A stretch of 50,295 bases of DNA, taken from positions 62,001 through 112,295 of the forward strand of contig QPGO01000216.1 of assembly GCA_008632985.1 (NCBI GenBank), read 5' to 3'. This document shows, one piece after another, positions 1 to 12,261 of this stretch. Under the pieces are notes generated by a model, which made no database searches, was not told where the DNA came from, and worked only from the letters and a program-made list of their open reading frames with translations. Position numbers and translations under genes: made by a program. Position 1 is the stretch's first letter. Each line of letters starts with the position of its first letter. This DNA comes from Psammoneis japonica. Taxonomy: Eukaryota.

Positions 1-3000
1 CACACCGCAGTGTCTCCCGCCACACTTCTTGCTTACGGTGTTTGTTGGGAGCAAGAGGGCGACACTGCATGCGACTGCCACGTAAAGCTTGTTAAAAGAA
101 TTTTTGGCAATAAACCTGTGCTTGACAGGGTTGCTTTTTGTTCTGACCGTGGCCATTGGACACTTAAGTTGCTTGTCTGTCTGTTGGAGAACGGGGCTGA
201 AGTTCATGGTGCGGTGCGTCATCAACATTGGTGTCAGTTTACCTGCAATCAAGATTTGAAGACAGGTGACCCGCGGACATTGATTGACAAAGTTGGGCCA
301 TCGACTCTTTGCACTGGCACAGGGAAGGTTGCAGATCGGGACATTTGTCTGAATGCATGTCGAAATGGCACAAATGGCATAGCGCTTGCAATGTCGTCGA
401 TCATTGGCGGAGCGCATTGGGATTGTGTGCCGATTGAGCCAAAGCAAGTCTCTGCTCGAATTCCATGCGCTTGCAGTTCAGAGTGGCGCCAAGCTCTTAC
501 TTTTCATCCATTTCTCCTGGACAAGAACAGCAGCATTGATGATGAAACAATGTTGATGTTGGGCAAATTGGGCATCGATCATGTCACTGAGTGTCAAGGA
601 CATGTAGAATGGCGTGCTGCTCGGAAAAACGCAGTGACCTCATCAGGTGCCAACACACAAGTGTCAATGCAGCTTAAGATTGACAAAGAAAGAGAGCAGC
701 GACGACCGCATTGGGTTGTCATTGAAGAGCATCTTAGCACTTCGTCGGGCATCGTGGGAGATGAGTCAAACAATGAGGCAAGCAGAGTCTCGCAAGCTGA
801 TGCTGTGGGAGTGGAAGATGGTCATGTCAACCAAACTGCTGATGGCTCTGAGAACAATGTGGGAGAACAAGTGGGCCTGGAGCACCATTTGGCCGAGATC
901 GAAAAAGGACTAGATTCTGACATGGACATGGCTGACTTCCAAAAGGACTTAGATTCTGACATGGATGACGATGAACGACTCTTAGCCATTGAAAGCCGAG
1001 TGGATGAAGCAAAAGAGAAGAGAAGGGAGCAGAAAGAGAAAGCAAAGGAGCTGCTGAGTGACGCAGCTGACACGACCGCAAGAAACAATGAGCTGCGTGT
1101 CAAACTCACAGCAGATTTGAAAGCGGGCTTACACAAAAATTTGCTCAAGGACATCACAAAGCAGATGGGATGGAAAGTTCTAAAGACAAGTGGTGGAAAC
1201 TTGAAGAATGCCATTAAATGGCTAGAGGCTTCACTGGCCTCTTGTCCCTTCATTGTGCTCAGCAAACCTCAGCTGCAAGCGAAGTGTCGTGGGTGCATTA
1301 ACAGCACGGCACCGTCTAGTGTCAACACGGTCCCTCAGCTGGTGGCTGTTTTAAGTGGCAAAACTTCTGCACCCGTCGCCTCAAAAGACACTGTGGATCC
1401 AACCACGCCTCTTGAAGCTGCCATTCACACCAACTTTCTTCCTCCGCTTAAAGGCGAAGCAGCAGAATTGTGTAAGACAGGTCATCAGATGGAGCCCAAG
1501 TATGGAGAAGATCTTCTCACCGTTACAAAAGATGGTTTGTCGCTGGAGAATGGTTCTATTTTGTCGGTGGACTGTCTCTTTAGAGCTGGATTGCTGCAAA
1601 AAGAAGGAAGACGACATCAGAAGGATTCTCCAGATTTCATTGCTGTCGCATCCCTTGATGGCGAGCGAATCATCGTGGTTGCGGAAATGAAGGCACGATG
1701 CAAATCGTCAACTGCTGCAAAGGAAAGGAAGCGACTCTCAGAAGTCGGCAACTTCTCCATCATTGATTGCAACTCTCCCAAACTGGGCAAGTGCACATTA
1801 AAGCGATCAGAGGCCATCCAGGTTAGTGTCATTCCATGCAATCAAAAGTTTTTTGTACGGACAATGCTCACAAATGCTTTTCCTCGACACACCATCGCAG
1901 TGCGCCCATCATGCTAGCACTGTCGGAGTCAACTATGTCATGCTTGCCACAGGGGACCGCCTGGGTTTAACTGGCACAGTGGTGATCAGGCACAACAATG
2001 AATTTCTAGACAACTGCCAAAAATGTGTTGACGACATGTGTGAATCATCGTTGAAGTGGGCGTGCGATGATGACGTCGACATTCCCGTTGACGAGATAAA
2101 GGTGGCAGCAAAGAAAGCAAGAGTAAAGTTGGACTGTGAGACATTTGTGAAATCATTTTACTTTTGGAAAGAAATGACAAAGGCAAAGAACTTACCATTG
2201 CCACCGTGCAATAGAATCATTCCCATGCAGGACGGGTGTTGGAACTTGACCAAGTGTGGATCAGACGTTAAAACGCAGCATTGCCAAGAACAAGCCGCTT
2301 GTGTTCCTGAGGATTCACCAGGTGCAAAGGCGTTTGACCGTGTGCAGATGACAGTGCTTTCCGACGTGCAAAAGGGTGCTCAGAATTTCTTCACAAACTC
2401 TGATCTGGAAAAATGCAAGAATCTTGACTCGTGTCGCGACTGCACCCGTCACACTTTGAGCTTCATGGAAGCTCTCATGCAAGCATCTTGGATGTTTGAG
2501 ATGCTTTCCAAAGGACAGCAAGGGGATGGGAACAGTGCAAGAGCACCTGCTGACAGGCCAATGGTGACTCCAGCCAGGCCTTCAGAAGCAAGACGGTGGC
2601 TGAGAGGCTCGATTGAGCAAGAGGATACCGCCACAATTGCAAAGGAGTCCAGCAAGTCCCCCAAACGCGGCATTTTACCCGCTCTGACAAATCAACCAAA
2701 CACTCTTGAAAAAGCACATCCCCACAAGCGCTTCAAGCATTGTAAAGGCATGCCATTGCCTGGAGCATGCCCTGACACAGGGAACGATGCTGGATCCGGA
2801 GGCTTGGGTCATTGCATTCTTTGCAAGAGAAAGACCCACTTTTTTTGCTCTGACTGCAGGAATTGGTTTTGCCATGACAAGTCACGTCCTGACGACACCA
2901 GAGCTCCATATTTTCGAGACGCTGCAACACATCAAAACGGAAATAGTCAAATCACTGGCAAGCACACGTGCTTTGTGCAGTGCCATCCGACGACATTGTC

Positions 3001-3031
3001 CAACTTGGAAAAAAGACATGCACCAGAATGA
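1..3031 (+). pseudogene. piggyBac-like DDD transposase with inserted YqaJ-like PD-(D/E)xK nuclease domain; 5'-truncated by the window; exons <1-1821 and 1901-3031
   Basis: piggyBac-type motifs: SDRG(H<Y)W..L...L...G..V.G.VR (D at 145), WNLTKCGSD (2240-2266, compare YNxxKGGVD), and C-terminal CxxC..CxxC..C..CxxxH. Between them are YqaJ motifs Q..EW..AR...TSS, G...E, SPD, EMK and Q. Frame is open but has only ~5 Tyr in ~983 codons, so it is decayed. Confidence 0.7.
1822..1900 (+). other. 79-nt phase-0 spliceosomal intron
   Basis: CAG|GTTAGT donor, CTCAC branch-like site at 1867-1871, CGCAG acceptor. Removal joins ORFs 10..1917 and 1826..3031 in frame (EAIQ|CAHHASTVG), completing the nuclease Q-motif. 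Confidence 0.8.
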
Positions 3032-3700
3032 GCCATTGCACCATTCACACCCCATTGTTCTCGGCACTCACCTCAGTCAATCTTTCAACACGAAAGAGGC
3101 GGCATGGACACCGGTGCGAGTGGTGCGGAGGTGAAAATACACACTCCGTAGTGTCGTTCCTGAACATCCTTTGTATCCTGCCGTTGTCAACAAAACCATT
3201 CGTACCCCATCATTGTCAACAATGTCAAGTGCACTGCGTCATTCGAGACATAAAAGGCGATTGTCAGACGGTGGGTGATGTTGGGGGAAAGAGGCATTTG
3301 GCACAAGGAAACAACATTCATCAACTATGGCAATAACAAGCTGCGATTTGCAAGTCGGTTTTCGCCATTTTTTGTTCTCAGCATGCACCTTGTTCATTCT
3401 TTCAAAACACACCCTTGTTGACCATGCAAAGACTTTTACAAAACGTCCCTGCATGTCTCTGGGCATGGCTTGGTTGACAAGAAGGGCAACCAAGAGGTAC
3501 AGCAGCAAGAGTGATGTGGAGGTGTTGCAAACAAAAAAAGTGAAAAAAAAGCTGTGTAAAACACCCGACAATGTCCTGCCGTTAAAACGGGATAAAGACA
3601 TTTCCCTCCAGCTTGTCGGACGCGACACATCATACGAACACTTTTCGTGGAGGCGAGCGAGATCGAAAATCGAAAAATGCTCATGTCATGAGGATAAAAT

Positions 3701-3722
3701 CGTCTTACATAAAGACGGTTAG
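3701..3722 (+). other. Possible right terminus of the piggyBac-like element
   Basis: Small hairpin CGTCTT-ACATA-AAGACG, then GG|TTAG (near the GG|TTAA end pattern); composition changes just downstream. The partner end is outside the window. Confidence 0.25.
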
Positions 3723-3746
3723 AAAAAAACTCTGTGACAGATTGAT

Positions 3747-4520
3747 GTGATTATACAGCACCCACTTCACACTGGCAAAAGACAATCTCACAACACCCGT
3801 GCGGTTGCATTGTACAATGTACGAGGCAAGACATTAAAATTTATATCATGTCGACACACGAGATGTGCCAAAGATCTAAAAAAAAAAAGAAGAAAAGAAA
3901 AATGGACATTTATCCACTTAGTGCACGAAACCAGTGCCTTCGGAATGACAAACAACACCGGCACGTCAAAAAGAAACGTCCAAATAACGATTAAAATCCA
4001 ACTGATAGATGGTTGAAGTACAAAAAATCCATAATGGAATTCATAACCATCCCAGGATTATCCAAGACGAAATGGTTAGAAAACATTCTTGACCATCGTT
4101 AATTACTTACGATACGTGGAAGTGCAGCAGAGCAATGTGGCACATAAAGTAAGCCAGCCAGAACTACACGAAATCCACAAGTGCGTAAAAGTGAACATTA
4201 AGTACTGGGCATAATGCTATGTACAATCGATATCATGAAAGACACTGCAGGACAATTAGTCCTAGAGTGTTCATATCAACAAAGAACGTCAATGAGAATA
4301 CTCGACGTAATACTATATGTATAGACATATTAAGTGAGAAACAAACGATGTCACTCTCAGAAGACATTCGGAAATTGGAACGGCCCTATTATAGCTATAT
4401 GGCCTATATAAAACAACAACAGTCATTACTAATGGCACAATACAGTGACCGTGGAGACATTATTAACACTGTCAATGTCCGTCGAATAACCCATTTAACA
4501 AATGACTCTAATGTGCAATT
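3747..4520 (+). pseudogene. Heavily eroded AT-rich relic, possibly gypsy RNase H/integrase
   Basis: Faint peptide resemblance only (YNVRGKTLKFISCRH; H...HP). Followed by a purine tract and a TG-starting LTR-like repeat. Confidence 0.3.
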
Positions 4521-4531
4521 AGGGAGGCGAA

Positions 4532-4898
4532 TGCAGTATGCGACTGTTATGTGCATATTTATGATTTTATATTATTTATATGTCAATCGTACCACAGTCG
4601 TGGATACGTACAAAGGACAGAACGATCACACAGAGTTGATCGGATGTCGAGGATTGCAAATACGATCGATTGACGATGTTGACATCTTACGTGTCAACAG
4701 CAATCGTATCCGGACAATCTGTTGTCACGAATATATTCTCCGAAAGGCCTTTTGTCTGTAGAAGCAGTGCAGAAGCTTTGGGCCATTGAGAACTCGTTCG
4801 GAGAAACCAAAAATCACAGAGTAAAATTCAATCTTATAATTTCCACTTTTCGCACACTATTCTACTTTCGTTTACACTCGTTCTTCGAGCATAGTGCA
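4532..4898 (+). mobile_element. LTR, family L (probably gypsy 3' LTR), with PPT-like AGGGAGGCGAA at 4521-4531
   Basis: Starts TGCAGTATGC and ends GCATAGTGCA (terminal inverted repeat). The same 3' end recurs at 5087, 16245 and 25577. Confidence 0.65.
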
Positions 4899-5087
4899 GG
4901 ACAATCTGTTGTCCCAAACATGTTCTCTGAAATGCCTTTTGTCTGTAGAAGCAGTGCAGAAGCTTCAGGCCATTGAGAACTCGTTCGGAGAAACCAAAAA
5001 TCACAGAGTGTAAAATTTAATCTCACAATTTTCACTTTTCATGCTTGATTCTACTTTCGTTTACACTCATTCTTTGAGCACAGTGCA
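4899..5087 (+). repeat. Tandem duplication of the 3' half of LTR-L (copy of 4712-4898)
   Basis: Both units run GGACAATCTGTTGTC...GAGCAYAGTGCA. Confidence 0.85.
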
Positions 5088-5226
5088 CGTGACGGGAGAT
5101 CCATTGCACGGAGAGAGTCGGCGATAACTTGATGGACACGCTCAACGAAAGCGCCAGCTTGAGGATTCTTGATTGTTGCAGGCTTCGGCTTGACTCCACA
5201 ACTGCAGAGAAGATCCGTAAACTCAG
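5088..5226 (-). pseudogene. Gypsy integrase core fragment (likely the continuation of element G1)
   Basis: EFTDLLCSCGVKPKPATIKNPQAGAFVERVHQVIADSLRAM. Confidence 0.8.
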
Positions 5227-5467
5227 GATGGGTTCCAGTCCCAGGTGGGACTTTTTGTGACATTTGCCCAGCAGAATTCTACGTGCAAGCTCTGCAGTTC
5301 ACACTCTGGTCAATGGATGCATTTGTCTTCGACATAAAATAAACGGCCAAGTTTGCAGCACATGTGTCTCTGCACGCACTCAAAGTTTTGGATGATGCGC
5401 CTGCCCTGCACCATTCTTGAGACACTCGAGAATGGCGTAGAAGGAAAAAATGTTAAAAGTTGTTGAC
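5227..5467 (+). mobile_element. Truncated, mutated copy of MITE-like element X
   Basis: Aligns with 46489-46729 and starts at the same terminal inverted repeat. Interrupts gypsy integrase sequence. Confidence 0.7.
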
Positions 5468-5479
5468 ATCCACGGACCG

Positions 5480-5758
5480 TGACAGGATTTGAACAGGATT
5501 CAGGTGCGCACGAAATGTCGCGCGCCATTTTAGTTTACCGCGCACAGTTTTGTGTGCTCTTTAGTTCCGCGTGCACGCACGTGATGCAGTTTGCTTTCGA
5601 GCCACACGGCTCACAAGAACAATGACAGCAGCCCAATTGTACCAACTTACATGTCTTTTGGCTCCTGCAACAGTCTCTGAGCGGAGACTCATCTGCCACT
5701 TAGACAGCAGCAAGGAGTCATTGTTTGAATTCTTGCCATTTGCCTTCAATTTCTGTCA
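5480..5758 (+). repeat. 5' LTR of copy A
   Basis: TGACAGG...TTCTGTCA; direct repeat of 12262-12540. Confidence 0.95.
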
Positions 5759-5775
5759 GATTGACAGTCTTGCGC
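5759..5775 (+). promoter_or_regulatory. Primer binding site (putative tRNA-Asn half-molecule); also at 17690, 32659 and 45473(-)
   Basis: GATT(A/G)ACAGTCTTGC directly after the 5' LTR. Its reverse complement GCAAGACTGTTAATC is an anticodon arm with GTT. Confidence 0.65.
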
Positions 5776-6694
5776 ATCTGCCCATTGAGCAACCGCCATC
5801 ATCGTCGTTGATTTACCGACGATGCTATTTCAATTCTACGTGGACCTCCGTGCATGTTCTGCATGTACATCGGCAAGTCCACACGCATTCAATGCCAGGC
5901 ATCGGCAGGAATTTAACGTCACCGTCAAGTCTCCTTGCCGCTGGACATCTGGATTGATCACACTGCCTTTTGTCGCTGAAGACATGCATTCAACGGTTAC
6001 ATCCAAGTCTGTCCTTGATCCTCATCCCTTGACACACCCATTCAACGGTTAACGGTCAAGAACCCCACACATTCAAAGATCTACGTCGCTGAAGACATGT
6101 GCACACACATGTCTTCACGGCCAAGAACTTGAACCCACTCTTTGGACTGCGGCTTTGCCACCACTCTACAAGCACACCGAGTCTGTTGTACCTGATCTAC
6201 CCTGGACCACTGGTGCTCCACAGTTCCACTAGGTCCACGAGGATGACTGTGAGATCAAGCAGCTGTGATTACAGCCTACGTTGGGGCGAGGGTGTTTTCC
6301 CGCGTTTGTTCGTTCGTCCACAGCGCCTGACACCTGCGTCAACTGGCCAGCCTGATCGGGAAATCTAACCGACATAAAATAAGAACGAATTGGGGGTCTT
6401 GTCCACCTCTAGTCAGCTTACCTGCAGGGGTTTACAACCCGCTACTCCGCTCGTAAGCAACCCAAAGCGCCACTGGCTGTGGGTTCGGACGTGCCAGCAC
6501 AACTCTACGGACTGGATGGGAAGTTTAGCACTTGACAACGAACGGGATAGCACAACCCAGCGACTTCTGATTTTAAGATAGTTCAAGATTTCAAGTCAAG
6601 TCCATTTCAAGTCAAGTCCATTCCCACTCAAGTTTCAAGTCTACCTCCACGTCCTGACAAGAATCGCCTGCCCTGACACCATTTCTTGTCTGCC

Positions 6695-9600
6695 ATGGTT
6701 CTTACTCATCAGCAACAAACCGATGGTTTTGAGCACATTGTTGGAACCGTACTTGCCCAAGGTGCTGGAAGCCCTCTTTGTTTGGCTTTGACCCATGACA
6801 GCATGGACTTGTGCCAAGAACTGTTCACGTTCATACCTTCCCAAATCGACTCGCTTGAGTGCGATAACGGCACCAATGTGATCCCATTGCCCCAAGGTTA
6901 TAAGAACATGTTAGCAGCTCTAGTTAGTCTGTACATTGTCAAAGCACACAAAGGCCTTGATGTTGCCAATGACTCCTCATTGTTCATGCATGATGAGTTT
7001 CTTGCTTGCCGCCTCAGCCCCGACTGCATGTCTTCTGTGTCCGTCGGCAGCTCACCTCTTGCACCTCCGCATGTCACCAACCCGACCAAGGCACGCGACC
7101 CAGTGCGAGACTTCAAGCGAGGCATCAAGCGTGACCCCACTGCTTTCACGGCTCTCAAATCCGACAAGCAGTGGCACACTTGGCACACCTCACTTGTGGC
7201 ACAAGCCCATGCCCAAGACGTCGAGTGCATTCTAGACTCGTCGTACAAACCGACCAGCCCCGAAGACAAACTGCTCTTTGCTGAACAGCAAAAGTGCATG
7301 TTCGCCGTCTTCGAATGCATCCTTCTCACCGACAAGGGCAAAGCTCTCATTCGCGAAAATGTGGGGTCTTCTGACACCCAGACCGTCTGCCACGCCTTGT
7401 CCGAGTGTGCGCTCGCCTCCACCCGCGCATCTATCGAGTCCTCCACCTTGCTCACGCACCTCACCACCGCACGCCTTGGTGATGGCACTTGGAAAGGTCC
7501 GACCCACGGGTTCATCCTTCATTGGCAGGATCAGTTGCGCAAGTGCGAGGCACTCATCCCGGCCAGTGACCACTTCTCTGAAGGACAGAAGCGCGTCATG
7601 CTCGAGAATGCCGTACATCCTGTCGAGGAACTCCGCGCCGTCAAGAACCAAGCTGATCAACATCGCACGCAGAGTGGCAAGAGCCTCACATGCGATCAAT
7701 GTTGTGGCTTGCTCCTCTCCGCGGCGGCTCAACACGACAGCACGTTTCAACCCAAGACGACACCTCGAGCTCCCCGCCGCGCCACACACGCACACGACAT
7801 CTGCTCCGAGGAACCATCCGATGATGTGTTCTATGACATCGACAGCGACATTGACGTCCTTCAGGCTAACGCTGCCTACACCCGCGGTCCCAGCCTCACC
7901 GGCGACCAATGGAAACGTCTCCCTCCCAACCACCAACGGATTTGGGATTCATTGCCCAATTCCTCCAAGGCGATCATCCTTGAGCATTCTCGTCCACCTC
8001 CCTGCAACCCATGAGCCGGCAACTGCCATGAGTCCATTGCGGTCAACCTTCACGACCAATGACTTGGGAGTGACGGTGATGTCAACTTGTCCGCCACAAC
8101 TCCTGCTGACTCTGGTGATCCCACTCCAAATGTGAGTGCCACTTCAGACAATCCCATTCTGGTGCAACGCCTGTTGTCTCCTAACCAAGCCCCCAACGCC
8201 AGTCGACCGGGCCCATCCGCCGCTCCCTCTACCTCGCCTGCTCCTCCAGATGACATGGAACTTAACGGCTGCACTTGCCGCCGCGTCAACAACCACAATG
8301 TCATTTGCTCTGCCTCCGCTCATCGCTCTACACGCACTGGTGCTCTAGTCGATCGTGGAGCCAATGGCGGCATTGCTGGCGATGACGTTCACGTCATTGC
8401 ACACACCTCTCACCAAGTCGACGTTCAGGGCATTGACGACCATCAATTGGTGGACATCCCCATTGTCACCGCTGGTGCTGTCATTGAGACACAGTGTGGC
8501 CCCGTCATCACCATCCTCCATCAGTGCGCACACATGGGAAAAGGCAAGACCATTCATTCCTGTGGCCAGCTCGAATGGTACAAACATGATGTCAACGTTT
8601 GCTCTGTCAAGGTGCCCAACGGCTTGCAGCGTGTCGCCACCCCTGATGGCTGTGTCATCCCAATTGACATCAAGGGTGGCCTGCCTTATGTTGCCATGCG
8701 ACCCCACACTGATGACGAATGGGACACCCTGCCACATGTCATCCTTGCCGGTGATGACACATGGGACCCTTCCGTCCTTGATCACTCTATCACTGACGAC
8801 GACCAGTGGTGCGACGCGATCTCTGACCTGCAGGACGATCCCACTGCCAACCTGTTTGACGAGTGCGGCAACTGCCATCACCGTGTCATTGTCAACAAGG
8901 CCATCATGTCTGCCTCCTTGTCTGCCGATCACGCGTCCGCCCTCGATGACCACCTCATTCCGAATGAAGACGTGTTCTACGAGTGTCATCTACACGCGAT
9001 TGACCCCAAGGACGATGACGTTCCACCTCCAGAGCGCAATGTGCAGCCCAAGGAACCCCCCTGCGAGTCTCTTCGGCCCTGCTTTGGTTTCCAACCTGCC
9101 GACACGGTTCGTTGCACTTTCGACTGCACCACGCAATGCGCCCGGTACGCACCTTAAGAAGGCCTGCAAATCGCCCAACCCCGCCCTTAATGTGCACCGC
9201 CGCAACAAGCCTGTCGCCACTGACACCGTTTGTGCCGACACCCCGGCCATCGACTCTGGTTGCACCAGCACCCAACTGTTTGTTGGTGCCAAGTCTACCG
9301 TCACTGACGTCTGCGGCACCAAAACCGACAAAGAGTTTGTCAACACACTCGAGGATCAGATCTGTGAGCATGGTGCTCCATCCAAACTCATCAGCAACCG
9401 TGCTCAAGTTGAGATCAGCAACAAGGTGCTCGAGATTCTACAAGCCCTCTTCATCTCCAGCTGGCAAAGCGAGCCTCACCAGCAACACCAAAACTTTGCC
9501 GAACGCCAACACCAGACCGTGAAGCGCATGGCGAACACCATCATGGACCGTTTCGGTTCGCCTGCCCACACATGGCTGCTGGCACTCATGTGCGTTTGCT

Positions 9601-12261
9601 TCGTGCTCAACCACACAGCGTCCCCACGTCTCCACTGGCGCATGCCCCTCGAGACTCTTGCTGGCTCCACCCCGGACATCAGCCCATTGCTCCGCTTTCA
9701 CTGGTGGGAACCTGTGTGCTTCCACCTCGATGACTCCGATTGGCCGTCCGAATCCCGTGAGTTGCGTGGATGCTTTGTTGGCATTGCTGAGCACGTTGGC
9801 CACCAGATGTCCTTTGAGATTCTTTCTGATGACACTCAGAAGATCCTCTGCCGGTCCAATGTACGATCCGCTACCACCGATCCTTCCGTTCAAAACCTGC
9901 GTCTTGATCCTCCTGATGGGGAGCCACCTGAACCCATCATCAGATCTCGCCATGACAACAACCCCGTTGATTCACCTGATGGGGAGATCAGGACACCCAA
10001 GATGCCAGTTTTCAATCCGCAAGACATCATTGGACGCACCTTCCTCATGCAGCCACAAGAGGATGGACAATGCCACAGAGCTCGCATCGTCAAGGCAGTC
10101 GAAGATCACAACTGGAAAGTGAACGGCAACCCCGAGCTCACTAAGTTCATCTGCTCTGTCAACAACGACGAATACGAGGAAGTCCTGGCCTGCAACGACA
10201 TCATGAATCACATCGAGCAAGAAGACGAAGACACCACTGTTTGGAAATTTCAACGCATTGTGTCACACGAAGGACCTCTGAAGCCTCATGACCCAACCTG
10301 GAAGGGCTCAAGCTACAACATCATGCTTGAATGGGAAAGTGGGGAGATCACGTCCGAGCCTCTTGCCATCATCGCCAAGGATTGCCCTGTCACCTGCGCC
10401 ATGTGTGCACGAGAGAACGGACTTCTCGACACTGATGGCTGGAAGTGGTTCCGCACCATCGCGAGGCGCCAGAAGAAGCCATTCCGCATGGCCAACCAAG
10501 CCAAGCTTCGCTCCTTCTGCACTGCACCTTGCTAAAAGTGCGGACACAAAGTTCCCCGGAACTACAAACACGCCATGTCCCTAGACGAACGCAACGGCAA
10601 CCGCAAATGGGGAGACGCAACCAATCTTGAGATGGACCAACTCAATGAATACGAAGTCTTTCATGACTGCGGGCCCTCCGAGTTTTCCACTCCTCCTGCG
10701 GGACACAAGAAGATCCGAGTGCACCTGGTGTACGACGTGAAACACGACGGCCGCCACAAGGCACGACTTGTAGCCGATGGACACCTCACGGACGCACCCA
10801 TTGACAGTGTCCACTCTGGAGCATTCTCCCTTCGTGGCCTTCGGCTGATGATTTTCCTGGCCGAACTCAATGAGTTGGAGACATGGGCCACCGACATTGG
10901 CAATGCCTGCCTTGAAGCCACCACCAAGGAGAAGCTGTACATTGTAGCTGGACCTGAATTTGGCAAACTCGAAGGCCACATTCTTGTCATCTACAAGGCC
11001 CTGCATGGACTGCGCAGCTCTGGTCTCCGCTGGCATGAGCGCTTCGCCGACTGCCTGCGAGCTGAAGGTTTCTTCCCCTGCCGCGCCGAACCCAACATTT
11101 GGATGCGCAGGAACGGCGACCACTGCGAATTTGTTGCCGTTTATGTGGATGACCTCGCCATTGCCATGAAGGATCCTCAATCTTTCGTCGACACCCTCAC
11201 GGAAAAGCACAAGCTCAAGCTCAAGGGCACAGGACCGATTGAGTTCCATCCAGGCTGCGACTTCTCCCGGGATCCTGACGGCACCTTGTGTCTGTCTCCA
11301 TGCAAGTACATCAAATGCATGGTTGACAGCTGCACACAACTGTTTGGGGAGAAACCTGCCACCAATGTCCTGTCCCCTCTGGAAAAGGGTGACCACCCCA
11401 AACTGGACACTTCTGAACTGCTGGAGCCCGATGGCATTCAACAGTTCCAGTCTCTTGTTGGTTCCCTCCAATGGGCAGCGTCTCTTGGTCGAATTGACAT
11501 CACCACGGCTGTCATGTCACTCTCTGGCTTCCGAGCTGTGCCCCGTCAAGGTCACTTGGATCATGCCAAACGCATCTGTGGGCACCTCTCCAAGATGCGA
11601 CACGGCGCTCTCCGCGTTCACATGGAAGAACCCAACTGTTCAGATCTCCCTGCACCGGCCTGTGAATGGATGCATTCCGTGTGTGGCGAAGCAGAGGAGA
11701 TGATCCCTGAGGACGCTCCACTGCCCCTTGGCAAGTTTGTCACTGCCACCCACTACGTCGATGCAAACTTGCATCATTGCATGCTCACCGGACGCTCTGT
11801 CATGGGAATGCTCCACTTCCTCAACAAATTCCCGGCTGATTGGTTCTCCAAGAAGCAAGCCACCGTGGAGACTGCGACCTGCGGGTCTGAATTTGTTGCC
11901 ACAAGGACTTGTGTCGAGCAGATTGTCGACCTGCGCATCACCCTGCGTTACCTCGGCGTCCCGATCCGTGACATTAGTTGCGTGTTCGGTGACAACAAGT
12001 CGGTTGTGGACAGTGCCACCATCCCGCACTCCAAGTTACACAAGCGACACACCGCTCTGTCGTTCCACCATGTGCGTGAAGCGATTGCCTCTGGTTGCCT
12101 TGAGTTCCACTTCATCGAAGGCTCCCGCAACCCTGCTGACATTCTCAGCAAGCATTGGGGTTGCTCCCAAATCTGGGACCTTCTCCGTCCCCTCATGTTT
12201 TGGAACTTCATTCCATCCGAAGTCGAGTCTGTTTCTGTGACTCCTCAAGCAAACTGGGGAG
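6695..12261 (+). pseudogene. gag-pol of copy A (stops, deletions, frameshift)
   Basis: PR DRGANGG; IN ATDT / S(N<D)RAQVE / EPHQQHQNFAE; RT KARLVADG, YVDD; RH YVDANL, GSEF, GDNKSV, NPADILSK. Confidence 0.92.

Noticed and set aside
902..966. 39-bp in-frame tandem duplication (LDSDMD twice)
   Set aside because: Real, but in a low-complexity linker with no evident function.
4219..4761. 180-aa ORF as a host gene
   Set aside because: It spans a relic/LTR boundary and has no recognisable domain.
4712..5087. CRISPR array or satellite
   Set aside because: Two ~188-bp units without spacers that match dispersed LTR fragments; eukaryotic context.
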